Origin: Selaginella moellendorffii
Taxonomy: Eukaryota; Plantae; Lycopodiophyta
Assembly (NCBI RefSeq): GCF_000143415.4
Contig: NW_003314287.1
Span: forward strand, 394,203-458,202
Direction: 5' to 3'
Length of the DNA stretch: 64,000 nucleotides
Within the stretch, counting starts at the first letter, position 1; every line of letters begins with the position of its first letter. Shown here in pieces: positions 12,036-25,413 of this stretch. Position numbers and translations under genes: made by a program. Below the pieces are notes generated by a model. That model ran no database searches. It was not told the DNA's origin and saw only the letters and a program-made list of their open reading frames with translations.

Positions 12036-13677
12036 ATGGAGGCGCGACCGAGGCGCTCCTCATCGATCTCGCCCAGGAGCAAGGGCAGGAAGTCGGATCT
12101 TGTGGTGTGTTTCGGGGAGATGCTCGTGGATTTCGTGCCGACGGTGGGGGGATTGTCGCTGGCGGATGCTCCGGCCTTCAAGAAAGCCCCCGGCGGCGCC
12201 CCGGCCAATGTCGCTGTAGCGATTTCTCGCCTCGGCGGTCACTCAGCGTTCATTGGCAAGGTGAGACGGGCGAGAGAAAGAGATTTCTCTAGCAGAATAG
12301 AGAATGCAGGCTGCCAGATTGATTTTTTTGAGAATTCCATTCCATCCAGGTCGGAGAGGACGAGTTTGGATGCATGCTCGTGGAGATTCTCAAGGACAAT
12401 AGAGTCAACAGCCGAGGGGTTCGTTTCGATCAGAACGCGAGGACTGCTTTGGCTTTTGTTACTTTGAGAGAGGACGGTGAGCGCGAGTTTATGTTTTACA
12501 GGAATCCAAGCGCAGATATGCTTCTAACAGTACCCGAGCTTGATGCTGAGCTCATACAACAGGTAACGTTCTTTCTCTCATTTTCTATTCTTTTGTGTTC
12601 TTCGTTTCTCCAAGGACGATGTTTTTGACTGGTGCTTTCTTCTTCTTGACAGGCATCGATTTTTCACTATGGTTCGATCAGTTTGATCGCGGAACCATGT
12701 CGTTCTGCTCACCTTGCTGCCATGGACATCGCAAAGTCGGCTGGTGCATTGTTGTCTTACGATCCCAATTTGAGACTTCCCCTTTGGCCAACGCCCGAAG
12801 ACGCCCGGATCGGCATTCTTAGTATTTGGAACAAAGCCGACCTTATCAAGGTGCTCTTCGTCTCTACCTTTTTATTTTGAGCGTGTCTTACCTCCTCTTT
12901 TCTGCAAGCAAAGATCAGCGAGGAAGAGCTGGAGTTTCTGACAAATGGAGCGGATCCGTATACCGATGAGGCAGCACTGTCTATGTTTCATCCCAATCTT
13001 AAGTTACTGCTGGTTACCGAGGGCCAGAATGGCTCCCGCTACTACACAAAAGTAAGTGCTCCAAATGCTATTCATCGTGCTTTCACTAACGAAATTCATC
13101 AGGAATTCCACGGAAAAGTCGAGGGCATTCAAGTCCAAGCCGTTGATACGACTGGTGCCGGCGACGCCTTCGTCGGAGGAATCCACAGTCAGCTCGTTAG
13201 CGACATGTCCTTGTACACAGTACGTTTACATCCTGACTGATTTCAATATTCTTTGTTGGTAAGCGAACCTCTGAGAGCGCCAGAATTGATGCTTTCGATC
13301 AGCTAAATCCCGCCTTTCTCCTCAGGACGAGAAAAGGCTGAGAGATGCCTTGCGATTTGCAAATGCCTGTGGAGCAATCACAACCACGGAGAGAGGGGCT
13401 ATTCCAGCGTTGCCAGACAAAGATACGGTGCTAAGGCTCATCGGTAAGCGCCTTGTTTCTTTCAATCTTGTCTTCTCGCTGATCTTCTTTCGCTGCATTT
13501 CCAGATCAACTTCCGAAGTCCCGGATACCACGAAGACCATCATGGCATAACATTTCCCGGTGGAGGCTGCCGCTCAACGTGGACGCGGAGCTGCCGCTAG
13601 CAGCGACACCCGAACAAGATGCGGTGCTAACGAATGCGGCGGTAACGGATGCGGTGCTCACGGAAGAGCAAATCTAA
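12036..13677 (+). CDS. FRK: pfkB-family fructokinase, cytosolic type, with a predicted extra 3' exon
   Basis: [88 protein letters not shown]. Last intron 13444-13504; stop at 13675-13677 if spliced, 13550 if retained. Confidence 0.93.
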
Positions 13678-13918
13678 GAGAACAACACGCCTTCACAATA
13701 TCATATCGAAGAAGGTACGCAAAGTTCATTCATCTTCGTGCACTCATTCTTACAAAACTTTAATTTATCAAGCAGTTGTCCAGGTGCTGGTTGATTTTTG
13801 CGATGGTTTCGGTCCTGCCTAAGTCTCCCACGATTGTCTCTTTGCAATTTGGATTCGGACAAACGAAGCAGTGCACTGCAGCTCACAAGAAAGATTGTTA
13901 GTTTTCTGATAAAAATCA

Positions 13919-15072
13919 TCAATTTAAGCACGAACCTGGATCATCCGCGGTTAAATCGATAGCGTTTGTGTTCTTTGAGCCGCTTGCTACGCTGAGAAAG
14001 TCTTTGATGCTCAAGTTCTTCGATGGCATCCCAGAGGTTTTGTGGGATTTTCCTGCCTTGTTCTCACCACTTCCAATCGAAGAGCCTGTTTGATAACACA
14101 CCAGCTAGCTTTAGCTTCCAAAAGTTAAAACAAACCTTCTTCTTTCCTCTTCTTGCGCTTGTCTTTGTATCCCGGTGGCTCCGCGGTTTTCAAGTAGCTG
14201 CCGCCGCAAGTTGTCTCGTGCCTGATCCACAAAGATGAAAGATAAAGCTAAAGCGTGAAAGTTGAAACTTTACGTATGCCAGAGGCATCGCGGATGTGAG
14301 CAGGCTCCTGTCGATCCAGCTTTGAATGTACAGTCAGCTGGCGAGGGTGCTCGATTCATCGCTCGTTTTACAAGATTCCCACAAGACTGGCACTGCAAAA
14401 TAGCAAAGACTCGTCCAAAAATTGAGCGCAAAAATGTGTTCTACCGTCCAGTGATGAACACGGTAATTGTTCACTTCGTCCTTAAAGTTGTGATATACGG
14501 TGATGTTGTAGCCTTCTACAGGTCTCTGACACGGAAAAGCTAAGAATAAGTTTCGCAAAATCTAAATAGAACCTCGAAATCTTGCAAGCTGGAGACGTTG
14601 ATCTCCTTCATTTTTGCAAGAAAATATTGACCATGATCACTGCCACATGAAGGAAAAAGACGAGATCAGAAAGAAGAAAAAAACCTTTTTCTTCTTAGCT
14701 GACAACAAATACTCACTCGTGATCTTTGTTCCCGTTGTCGAGAAACAGAAACGCATGAATCATCTCATGGAGAAGCGTGTTCTTGAGATCACTCACACTC
14801 CGATACTTGAGCAGCGGCTCCGAGAGGCGAATCTCGCAGCCACCGCAGAAGCTGTACTTGCAAATCCCCGCGCACCTGAGCCAAAAACAAATCCCATCCA
14901 TCAAAATCTCAGAAAAATGCGATCAAAGCAAAGGATACAAAGTCATGCGTTTGCTGCTCCACTGCACACTGCAAGCGCCAAGCTTGCCTTGGAAATAGAG
15001 CGCATTGTAGTAGCAAAAGAGCGCAGTGATATCCGGATGAGGATCAAGCAAGTCGCCATGGCGCACCTCCAT
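13919..15072 (-). CDS. SprT-like (Spartan/SPRTN-like) zinc metalloprotease
   Basis: DPHPDITALFCYYNALYFQGKL, WSSKRMTLCAGIC, IRLSEPLLKYRS...TLLHEMIHAFLF (HExxH) and Zn-binding HETTCGGSYLKTAEPP; GT-AG introns. Confidence 0.92.
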
Positions 15073-15960
15073 TCCCCCTCTCCCGCCCAAAAAACCCCTT
15101 AGGGCAAACAATTTGACCCTCAATAAACCCTAATATCCCATGCATAGACACGTATCCAGCAATCGCTCACATCGATTTCGCTGTCGTTGAGGTTCACACA
15201 TTAATTTCTGTAAGATTCCTAACGGCTTGGCAAAAACGGAGAAAAACAATTCTAAAAAATTGCCTAACATGACCGCATTTAAATTCTTATGACTTTGCAG
15301 TCACTTTGGAATGGTAAACTGTCCGGGTAGAAAAGGTCCAAACCTTTATGCATGGATGATATCTATATTTTATTACCGGACCATACTATAATGGTTTTGT
15401 CTATTCTATGCAAATGTTTACGCGCACGCACGTAGCTTCAAAGTCGAGCGGTGTTGGTGAGTGTTTTCTCATGGCGAACATGCCAAGTCTGAGCAATGTG
15501 TGTAAGCGTAGCGTGTTTGGCAGCACGCCCACATGAGGAGAAAAGACTTTACAAAAGCAACAAAGGTGGCCACCTTGCGCAGAGAGATTCTTTCTCTTGG
15601 CTTAAATTCAAAGTTTATAAGCAAAGAAGAATTGGGAAAGACTTGTCACACACACACACACCACCGCCCCGGGCGAGCGTGAGCTGGTTTCTCGAGCGAG
15701 GGAATCCAGGGCCGAGCGAAAGAGAATGCCCCCTTTTTTTTTGCGGATTCGTAGTCTACAAACTTGGCCCACCCTTGGTTTGTCGCTGCGTCGACTCCGC
15801 CGTGGCTTGTTTATAGGCCAAGGTGATGCTGCTCCACTGGAATCCAAAGAGATGCCCACAAGTTTAAGTTGATCTGTGTGGAGGAGGTGATGTGGGTGTA
15901 AATCTTATAAGAACAACACCAAAAATAATGTGTCTCATCACGAAAGATCCAGCTTGAAAG

Positions 15961-16085
15961 GAACTTAGGGTTTTTCTATTCGAAACTAACGGAATGTTCT
16001 TATTCTGTCAACATGTTATGGAAATTAGGGTTTTTTGTATTCTCAAACGCTAACGGAATGTTTCTTACTTGGATATTCTGTCAGC
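15961..16085. repeat. Imperfect ~60-bp tandem duplication, each unit with a telo-box-like ttagggttt
   Basis: Two units of ttagggtttt...attc..aa..ctaacggaatgtt..tattctgtca; further telo-box motifs near 15125 and 16321. Confidence 0.6.
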
Positions 16086-16861
16086 CTGCTCTCCAAGGCC
16101 ACAGTAAAGAGAGGCGGGAGTTGTTTGAAAACGTGCGCCTCTACAAGTGCATTGATCGATCCACTCCACTCCAGATTTTAGGGTTCCTCGCGCGAGAAGA
16201 GAGAGAGAGAGGGGAGGAGCGCAGCTCGATCGGCAAAGGGAGGGGATCGCTCACAAGCGCATTGGATTTTGCTGCTCAATGCCGGGGAGAGAGAGGGAGG
16301 GAGAGTCCGTGCCGTGAGGATTAGGGTTTAGGGATTTGTGTAGAGCACTGTAGCGCACTGCTGCTCCTTCTCCGTTTTCTCTTCCTTCCCCGTGTCGTAT
16401 TGTCGCGTTCCTCGCCTTCGTTCTTCGCGGCGCCACTGTAGCTGTGCGAAATTCAGCGTTTCTGACCACGGCTCCTTACTATTCCAGAATTGCCGTTGTC
16501 TCTTCTGGGGCGGCTGCTGGAATCCAGTGCTGTTTGACACGCAATTTTGGGAATTTTTTCTCCTCCCATCCTCGTTTCCCCCCCATTTTTTTTTTCTCGT
16601 TCTTTGGGTGCTTCTCTGGGTTCTAAACCGAAGATCTATGGCGGCAATGCTGGAGCTCCAAGCAGCGAATTTGTGACAGGGACATCATTTCGTCCATGAT
16701 TGGCATGCGAGCCCGAGAGTAAGCATTGCTCTAGCTCTTTTCTATCGAATCAATCTCGAGAGCCAGCACGAAAAAGAAGATCTTGCAGAGGCAATTAAGT
16801 TCGCATGCCAAATTTCCAGCGCAGCCACCGAATCTGACGACTAAACTCTCTCCCCCGCTCG

Positions 16862-19216
16862 ATGCCGCCGACGAGCTTCGACTTCGCGGATTGGTGGTCC
16901 AAGCAAGATCACAGGGGAACTCCGGTGGTGGTGAAGATGGACAATCCAAACTGGTCGATGCTGGAGATCGAGAGCCCGGGCAGTGGCGGCGCCACTACGT
17001 TTGACAAGAAGGGCAGGGGAAAGAATGCCAAGCAGCTAACTTGGGTGCTTCTCCTCAAAGCCCATCGCGCCGCTGGATGCCTGGCATGGCTCGCCCACGG
17101 CCTGTGGCTTCTTCTCAGTGCTGTGAAGAAGAGGCTCGTCCAGAAACAAGGGGTCGCCAACCCGGAGAAGTCGAACACTCACAGGGGGAAACTTCACAAG
17201 TTCATCAAGGGGTTTCTGGCATTCGCGCTGGTGATGCTGGGATTCGAGCTCATTGCTCACACTTCCGGATGGACGCCCCGGCTGCGCATGCCATCCTCGT
17301 CTTCTTTGAGCTTGCACAGCATGCTCCAGGCGGTGTACGTGTTTTGGGTCCAGTTGCGAGCAAACTACATTGCTCCTCCGCTCCAGACGCTGGCGAATTT
17401 TTGCATCGTGCTGTTCTTGATCCAGAGCGCTGACAGGATCATACTCTGCGTCGGGTGTTTGTGGATCAAGTATAGGAGGATCAAAGTGGTGGCGAATCCG
17501 GCGACTTTGGAGTCACAGGATTTGGAGCAGCCGGGTGTTGGGTTTCCCATGGTGCTGGTTCAGGTTCCTATGTGCAACGAGCGAGAGGTAGATTGGAGTT
17601 CTGTTTTTTCACTTTGTTTCTGACTGGGGGAGTTTTTTTTTTTTTACTGGCTTTCTCTTTTCTATCCAGGTGTATGAGCAGTCAGTGTCGGCGATTTGTC
17701 AGCTTGATTGGCCCAAGGATCGATTGCTAATTCAAGTGTTGGATGACTCTGACGAGCCGGATATCCAGCTGCTTATTCAAGGGGAAGTACAGAAGTGGCG
17801 TCAAAAGGGAGTGAACATTGTTTACAGGCATCGCTTGGTTCGCAGTGGCTACAAAGCTGGCAATTTAAAGTCTGCTATGGCCTGTGATTACGTGAAAGAC
17901 TACGAGTTTGTGGCGATTTTCGACGCAGATTTCCAGCCTAAGCCCGATTTCCTGAAAGTGACTGTTCCACATCTCAAGGTAGAGCAGCGTGAATACTTTG
18001 AGTTTGTTGGTTGAGATATCTGACAATTCCATCGTTCCTTGGTGTTTACAGGAAGATCCCGAGCTGGCACTGGTTCAGGCACGGTGGTCTTTCACGAACA
18101 AGGATGAAAACCTCCTCACTCGTCTCCAGAACGTCAATCTGTCGTTCCACTTCGAGGTGGAGCAACAGGTGAATGGAGTTTTCCTCAGCTTCTTTGGTTT
18201 CAATGGAACAGCTGGGGTCTGGCGAATTAAGGCACTTGAAGAGTCTGGTGGCTGGCTAGAGAGGACAACAGTCGAGGACATGGACATCGCTGTCCGCGCG
18301 CATTTACAAGGCTGGAAGTTCCTCTTTGTAAACGATGTTCGGGTAATTCTCTTGGCCTCCAATCTGCTCGGACTGATTTGTTTGCTCGTTGCATGTTTTC
18401 AGTGCCTCTGCGAGCTACCAGAGTCCTACGAGGCGTATAGGAAGCAGCAGCACCGATGGCACTCGGGACCAATGCAGCTCTTCCGCCTCTGCATGCCTGA
18501 TATCGTCACTGCAAAGGTCCGTGTCACTTGCTTTCTCGCATAGAAAAACTTATCTTATACGTGCCGCCTTGCAGATTCCCCTCTGGAAAAAAGGCAACTT
18601 GATCTTCCTCTTCTTCTTGCTGAGAAAGCTCATACTGCCGTTCTACTCGTTTACGCTCTTCTGCATCATCCTGCCGATGACGATGTTCGTGCCGGAGTCG
18701 CACCTGCCAGTGTGGGTGATCTGCTACGTCCCGGCCGTCATGTCCTTCCTCAACGTCCTCCCGGCACCCAGATCATTCCCGTTCTTGGTACCGTACCTCC
18801 TGTTCGAGAACACCATGTCGGTGACGAAGTTTAACGCCATGATCTCCGGCCTCTTCCAACTCGGCAGCGCGTACGAATGGGTGGTGACGAAGAAAACAGG
18901 CAGAGCGTCCGAGGCGGACTTGCTGGCGGCCATATCTCGGGACTCTGCGGAAGTCCTTCCCAAGCAGCAGCAACACCTGCGAGTGGTGTCCGAGTCGGGC
19001 TTGGATCTTCTGGCCAAGCTCCAGGACAAGCCCAAGAAGGCAGGCAAGAAAGGGAATCGATTGTACAGGAAGGAGTTGACGCTCGCATTTCTACTGCTCA
19101 CCGCGGCTGCAAGGAGCTTGCTCTCTGCTCAAGGGGTACACTTTTATTTTTTGCTGTTCCAAGGGATTTCGTTCCTTGTTATCGGGCTGGATTTGATCGG
19201 AGAGCAAGTGAGCTGA
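16862..19216 (+). CDS. CSLC: Cellulose synthase-like C (xyloglucan backbone glucan synthase, GT2), 5 exons
   Basis: [67 protein letters not shown] and terminal LDLIGEQVS*. Exons approx. 16862-17587, 17670-17978, 18052-18342, 18403-18516, 18575-19216. Confidence 0.97.
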
Positions 19217-19851
19217 TGGTCTGTCTATGTTGACATGAGTTTTTGCAAAGTACCATTTTTTTTTTTCTTTTTTTCTTTTTAAAAGCCTCATTCAGAATAT
19301 AATTTCTGGTCACGATTTCTAGCAATTGTATCGATCTCAATCTCTGTAACTTCCAGTGCCAGACAAGTTATAAATTTTAACTCATTTATTTGACCTATTA
19401 CAACAGCATTATCCATCTTGTTTTTATGGAAGTGGAAACGGATGGGAATGGTGTTTGGTGGTCTCAACTCTAGCTACCTCTTACTGCTGAAAGAAAAGCT
19501 GGAGCAGTGGATCAATTAAGTGGTGCCGAATGCTGTGAGATCATCATCTTATTGTCTGCAGAAGCACATCAAGAAATGGTTAGACGCTCCTGCACCTTGA
19601 GAATTAGTGACTGCTGTAGAGACACATAAAAAACATTTGAGCATGGCAATGTTGTTGGAGCCTCTGGAGAAGCACATGGCTCTTGGTTGTGGTGGTGCTT
19701 CTTGAAGGGATATGGCAGCAACAGCACCATGAGATGGGATGGCATTTACTTACATGCCTACCATAAGAATTAAATCTTAATCATTTGAGTTACACAATCC
19801 ATTATATAATATATTATAATAACTCTTGAGGAAACCAAGGATAATTAATAT

Positions 19852-22800
19852 TGTGAGGTCCAAAGTGTATGCCTACAATGCCATATATTAATATTAGCAT
19901 AGTGGGATTTTGATAGCTGTTGGATTAGTTTCAATTTAGACCATTCACTCCTGTATAAAAGTTAAATTTAATATATACATTTTTATATTCTAATTTATTC
20001 CATGCACTCATATTAGTGGAGGTGAGGAGTAATTTTGATTGTCCTTGAGGAGTGTTTGGATTTGGGATTTTGATTTAGATCTAGCTTTTATAACTTTTTC
20101 AATTTCTTCTCTTTTGCTTTTTTTTTTCATTCATTTTCATAGCAAAGCAACAACATCTTCCTCCTTTGACTCTGGAATAGTAGTTGGTGCAATTGTTTAA
20201 TGCTATGTAGTTGCAATTGAACAATCAAACTCATTTGATAGTAACATTCACGACGTATGGTATAGTTGCTTATGCTCTTATTGCCAATCTTTGTGTCCAA
20301 CCAGAGTTCTTCCATGAGAGTATTAAAGATGATATGTAACATTAGTTCAATCACTTTACAGTGATTGCCACATATCATTCTTGGAATGATGTTTAGTGTT
20401 TACGTGAGTTTCCTACATGCCTCTAAGGGACAACACTGCAATGGTACAATAGTTTGAGTGCAACTATTCGTGAGGATTGGAGCATTTTCCTAGACATTTT
20501 CAAATGCACATTTAGACATGTTGACGATTATGATGATACCTTCTAACAATTGCATTGTCTTTGTTAAGGGCTATCTAAGTTAATAATGCAACTTAGCTTT
20601 CATTTCCGAAGTTTTTTACTTTGTGCGGAGTTAAATATGTTAGAGTGGATCAAATTGGGAATGTTGTGGCTAACACTTTGTCACGATCTTGTAAGACTTA
20701 TATATGCATTTGCTCCAACCACCTTTAATGATGCTCTTCGCTTAACACAACATTATGAGATGTTGCTTTTTCCACTTCTCACTACATATCTTTTAACTCC
20801 ACTTTCTGTAGAAGATAGTCTTGTTCCAATGGAGTTTGATGTTATTACTACCCGAGTTCAAGGACAAGGGTGAGGATGTAATTGTGGCCGTGATGTCCGT
20901 TCCTGGGCATGTGATGAAGTTGCTCACACTTATTAGATTGACGACTTTCATTTTCTAGATGGAGACCTTGGTATTAATAATGTCCTGTTGGTGCTACTAC
21001 AGTGGAAGGTTTAGACACCGAAATGCTTTTGGGAAATTCAAAATTGTGTGAATAGTGGAGGGTCTTTGCACGAATAAGTCAGTGACCCCTCCATCTTTTT
21101 TTCGAAAGTATCATCAAGGGGTTCACTCGGCATCAATTCATCTAATGTTTACTTTCTAAGCTCATTTTTATAACAAGAGGTTTTATATTATCCTCTTTGT
21201 TTTGGTTGATAGGCTCAAGTTTATCTTTTATTGTTTAGCCTGTTTCCACATATTGCTATCTAAATTTGCATCATATGGCAGAGCCAATATTCATTATTTA
21301 TAGCAATGGCGGTACATATGCATATGCACAAGATGAGGCAAACCTAGTTGTGCATATGGGTGAACTTGAGTTTAAGCTATAGTCATTATGAGTGGTGCTA
21401 AGTCAAACTTTTGATCTCATCCTTGGTATGGATTGATTATGGCATAATCATACCAAGTGTGACTTTAAAACTTCTCCCCCTTGTTTTATATTTTATTATA
21501 TTTTTTCATTATATTTTTTCCATTCCTCTCACTTTTGTTCTTTTTCATCCCTCTGCTTTTACTTGTGCTTTCATTACTTTTGTCACCCCATTACTTCCTT
21601 ATATGTTTCCGTCTTGTTCCTTTATTCCCTCTTTTGATCCCTCCGATGGTCTTTGTGTTATAGTGGTTAACTAGCTTATGAAGGAGTATGCCGATCTTTT
21701 TGAATTTGACTTGTTGTTTGGGGCTAAGATTGCAATATGTCATCTTATTCCAACTAAGGATATTTATTCAATCAAGGTTCCTATTCATCATTGATTATCA
21801 AAAGAGATCAAGATTTTATATGTAAATGTTAAGGAGATGTTAGAAAAGAGTGTTATTCGAAAGTTATGGAGTCCTTGGGCATGTGAACCTTATCTTGTTA
21901 TAAAGCCTGATAGGAGTATTTGTTTTTGCATTAACTATCATCTGTTAAACAAAGTGACGATCTTAAATATGTACCCTCTTCCTCACACTGTTGATTTCTT
22001 GGATCATTTGGGGATAATTCACTAAGTTAAATCTTGCTTTTGGGTACTAGCAAATGCAAATGGCCAAGGAAGATATTTCTAAGATTGTTTTTTATACACC
22101 ATTTGGTTTGTACGAGTTTTGGTGATGCTGTTTGGTCTAAACAATGCTCCAGCAATTTTCTAGCAAATGATAGATGAGATTCTTTGGAATAACAGAAATG
22201 ATTGTTGACTTCATTGATAATGTCTTAATCCACTTATAGGGGATGTGGGAGGAACACGAATGTGATGTTTATTAGGTGTTGGATTAGCTACATGAAGTTG
22301 GTTTAAAGTTGAAGCAGCTGAAATGTTTATTTGAGTCTAAGGACACAACTTATCTTGGGTATTGTATTTCTTGTGAGGGTTTACAAATTGATCTTGACAA
22401 ACTTGTGGGTGTTCTAAAGTTCTCTATTTCGAAGTGTGTGAATAATGTGTAACACTTTTTGGGCAAGGTGTAATATCTCGATTGTTTTGTTAATTATCTT
22501 TTTGATTGCACTACACTATTTGCAAACATTGCTGTAGTTGTTAACATCATCTTTCATCTGGTCTGTTGAAGTTGTTAACATCATCTTTCATGTGGTCTGT
22601 GGATTGTGAGTAGGCATTTACAGCTCTCAAAGAGCTATTGATGACTCTTCCAGTTTTGGCATATCTTAATTACACTTGACCTTTTATTTTGCACGTGGAT
22701 GTTTTTGATATCGGTCTTGGAGGTGTGTTTATGCAAAAGAGCTCAATTTTGTTTGGTTAGGGTTGTCTCATTATATATATCAGCCATACCTTACAACCAA

Positions 22801-24573
22801 CAGAGGTGAACTATTCTATGATAGAGGACTGTTTAGTAGCAATTTGGGGTTTTGACAAACTTTATATATATCTATTTGGTTTTAAGACATTACTAAAAAG
22901 TGATCATGTTGTAATTACTTCATTATTGGAGCGGAAGAACTTGGTTGATCATACTGCTTGATGGGCTTTAAAACTTTAACTATATGATTTTGATATTGTT
23001 CATTGCCCTAGGAGTTCTATAGCTAATATTGATGCCTTTTCTCGAGCTCCTCTTCTTTATTCACTTTCTTCTCATGTTTCTAACGAGTCTGTTGTTCTAG
23101 CATTTGTGGATTTTTTAGACAAAGATTCTGTGTTTCTTTAGTAGTTGTTATACTTGATGTTTAGTGTCCACAAGGTGCAGAGTAAGATTTACTTTCTTGT
23201 GAGGCTCAAAAGATTGAACTGTGGATTTAAAGCCTTTATGATGGGTTTGAGAATCCTACATCACTTGCTGATGATTACCATTTTGGCATTTATATTCTTA
23301 ATATCACCTTGAGGATGATTTTCTTTATTTTGTGGGGATAGATTTTGATGATAATTTACGACTGGTGGTGCCTTTTATCTTTATTCCATGCTTTTTCCAT
23401 ACCTACCATGATTCTTGTATTTTAGGTGGGCATATGGGACATTGTCATGTGACCAAGAAGCTACATAAGTCTTTTATTAGTGGAGATGTGACATGATATT
23501 ATCTGGTATATATGCGTAGTTGTGTTTGGTGCCAAGTTCATAATAGTCCCCCTCGTGCTACGGAAAGATAGTTGGAGTCAATTGTAGTTTCCTATCCATT
23601 TGAATTGGTGGTGTTTGATCTAATGAGGCCTTTTCCACGGTCAACTGTTGGTAATGAATATGTTATTATTGTTTTTGACTATTTAACTCGTTGGGTGGAA
23701 GTTGATGCTCTTGCTAGTGTGTTTGCAACTGTTATTGGATACTTCCTCCTCAATTGAGTGGTGTTCTAGCATTTCTATTTGGAACAAATTCTTTTAGATA
23801 ATGGTCCTACATTTATGGCTGAGGCATTTTATATTTTGACGTCTCGGTTGGGAATATGCTACACTTTCACAAGTGCTTATCATCCACAATCAAATGGTTT
23901 GGAAGAACAGCTCATTCAGACCTTCAAAGGAATGATTGTGAAGTACGTGAACTTTCAGCATTCGAATTAGGATGGTTATTTGCCATCTCTTTGATATGCA
24001 TATATCACAGGGGTGCAAAGTTTTATTGATGTTTCACCATATAAACTTTTATATAGTCATGATCTGATACTACCAATAGAGTTAAGTTTACCTTCGCGAG
24101 CTACCGATGTTAGGTCTTGGGATCAATATTTGAAGAGCATTCTTCCACTTGTCCAAGCAGAGTTTGTTGAACATCTGGGTCACATACAAGTGGGACAATA
24201 ATATTGCTACAACTCCCATCATCGTCCACTTGCAAAGTATAAAGTTGATGACTTGGTGTTAATCTGTTTTCCCAATTTTACAATATATGGTTTGTTTAAG
24301 GGGCTTCTTGCTCAGTGGAAGGGACTATATCAGGTGTTATGGCAAGTTGGATCACAAGTTTATGAGGTTTAGCATAACATCTAACAGACCAATCCTTTAG
24401 ATATTGGGTATGTGTAATGGCTGAAACGCTTTATACAAAGGGATCAAGAACCACTAGCACCACCTATAGATCCATTGATGCCTCTTGATGTTCCTCCAGA
24501 TCCTAGTCCACCGTCCAAGAGAGAACCTTGACTATCTTCTATCATTCCGAGAGGAGGGGATGATGTGAGGTCC
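19852..24573 (+). mobile_element. Near full-length decayed Gypsy family A element (5' LTR 19852-20012, gag, RT, RNase H, integrase, PPT, truncated 3' LTR)
   Basis: RT SPWA...CINYHLLNKVT..MYPLP; integrase PFELVVFDLMRPFP, LDNGPTF, TSAYHPQSNGL; many stops. PPT gaggagggga, then only ~10 bp (tgtgaggtcc) of the 3' LTR. Confidence 0.9.
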
Positions 24574-24619
24574 ATTATTGTTTATTTTAAATCCTTTAGG
24601 GCTTAATTGTTTGGCTTTG

Positions 24620-25050
24620 TGCATTGATTGAGTCTTGTGAAGAATGGGACTTACAAATTCTCAATTGAGAGAGCAGCCAAGAAACAAAGATGCCTTAAAA
24701 ACTAAGATATACTAGAAATTCAGAAGTTTTTGAGCTGCTCAACAAGAGAACTCATAAGTTTGTCACCTTCCAAGAGATAATGTTTATCACTCATGTTTTC
24801 CAACACAGGCTGATTGATATGGTTCATAGATACTTTGTCTAAATTACTAAAGTTTATATTTTGCCATGTTGTCCATAATGAAATGCTTTTTGTGGAGAAG
24901 GTAAGCTTTCTAATCTCATGCATTTGGTTTAAAACTTGTGTTTTTCTTGGAAGGTTGCCAACACTTTTGAAAAGGAATTGTGTAGGATCTACTAGTAAGG
25001 TGGTTTTCATTCACTGTAGCTTCATTTGGAATTATATTTACCACTACGTG
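24620..25050 (+). pseudogene. Decayed, intron-containing copy of the 3' (EF-hand) exons of the LPEAT2-like gene
   Basis: Colinear similarity to the reverse complement of ~58030-58530, covering exons and introns (tgggacttaca, gtcaccttccaagag, aaggtaagcttt, aggaattgtg..ggatctac). Confidence 0.8.
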
Positions 25051-25413
25051 ATAAATATAATGAGGAACTAGATTTTTAGTGGCATTTATAAAATCATATT
25101 TTTTAACCTCAGAAGATGAGTAAATATTTCTTGGATTGGATGATAAATAAATTCTATAGCAAAAACATGGCAAATAAATACGTAGAACTGCCAGCTAAAG
25201 AAGTGAAAGATTATTAATCCTCTAAGAGACCTACAAGAATTTCTTTAGACAAATAAGGTACTTTGGAATTTCCAGCTCTACTATGATGCCATTTGTCAAA
25301 TATAATTTTTTTTGGCTGTCATCTAGACATGATTAACAGTTGTTACAGCTATCTCCAAGTAGCATACTATACTTAAATAGGATTCATGGCTTGAATTTTT
25401 TGAATGAAAAGAA

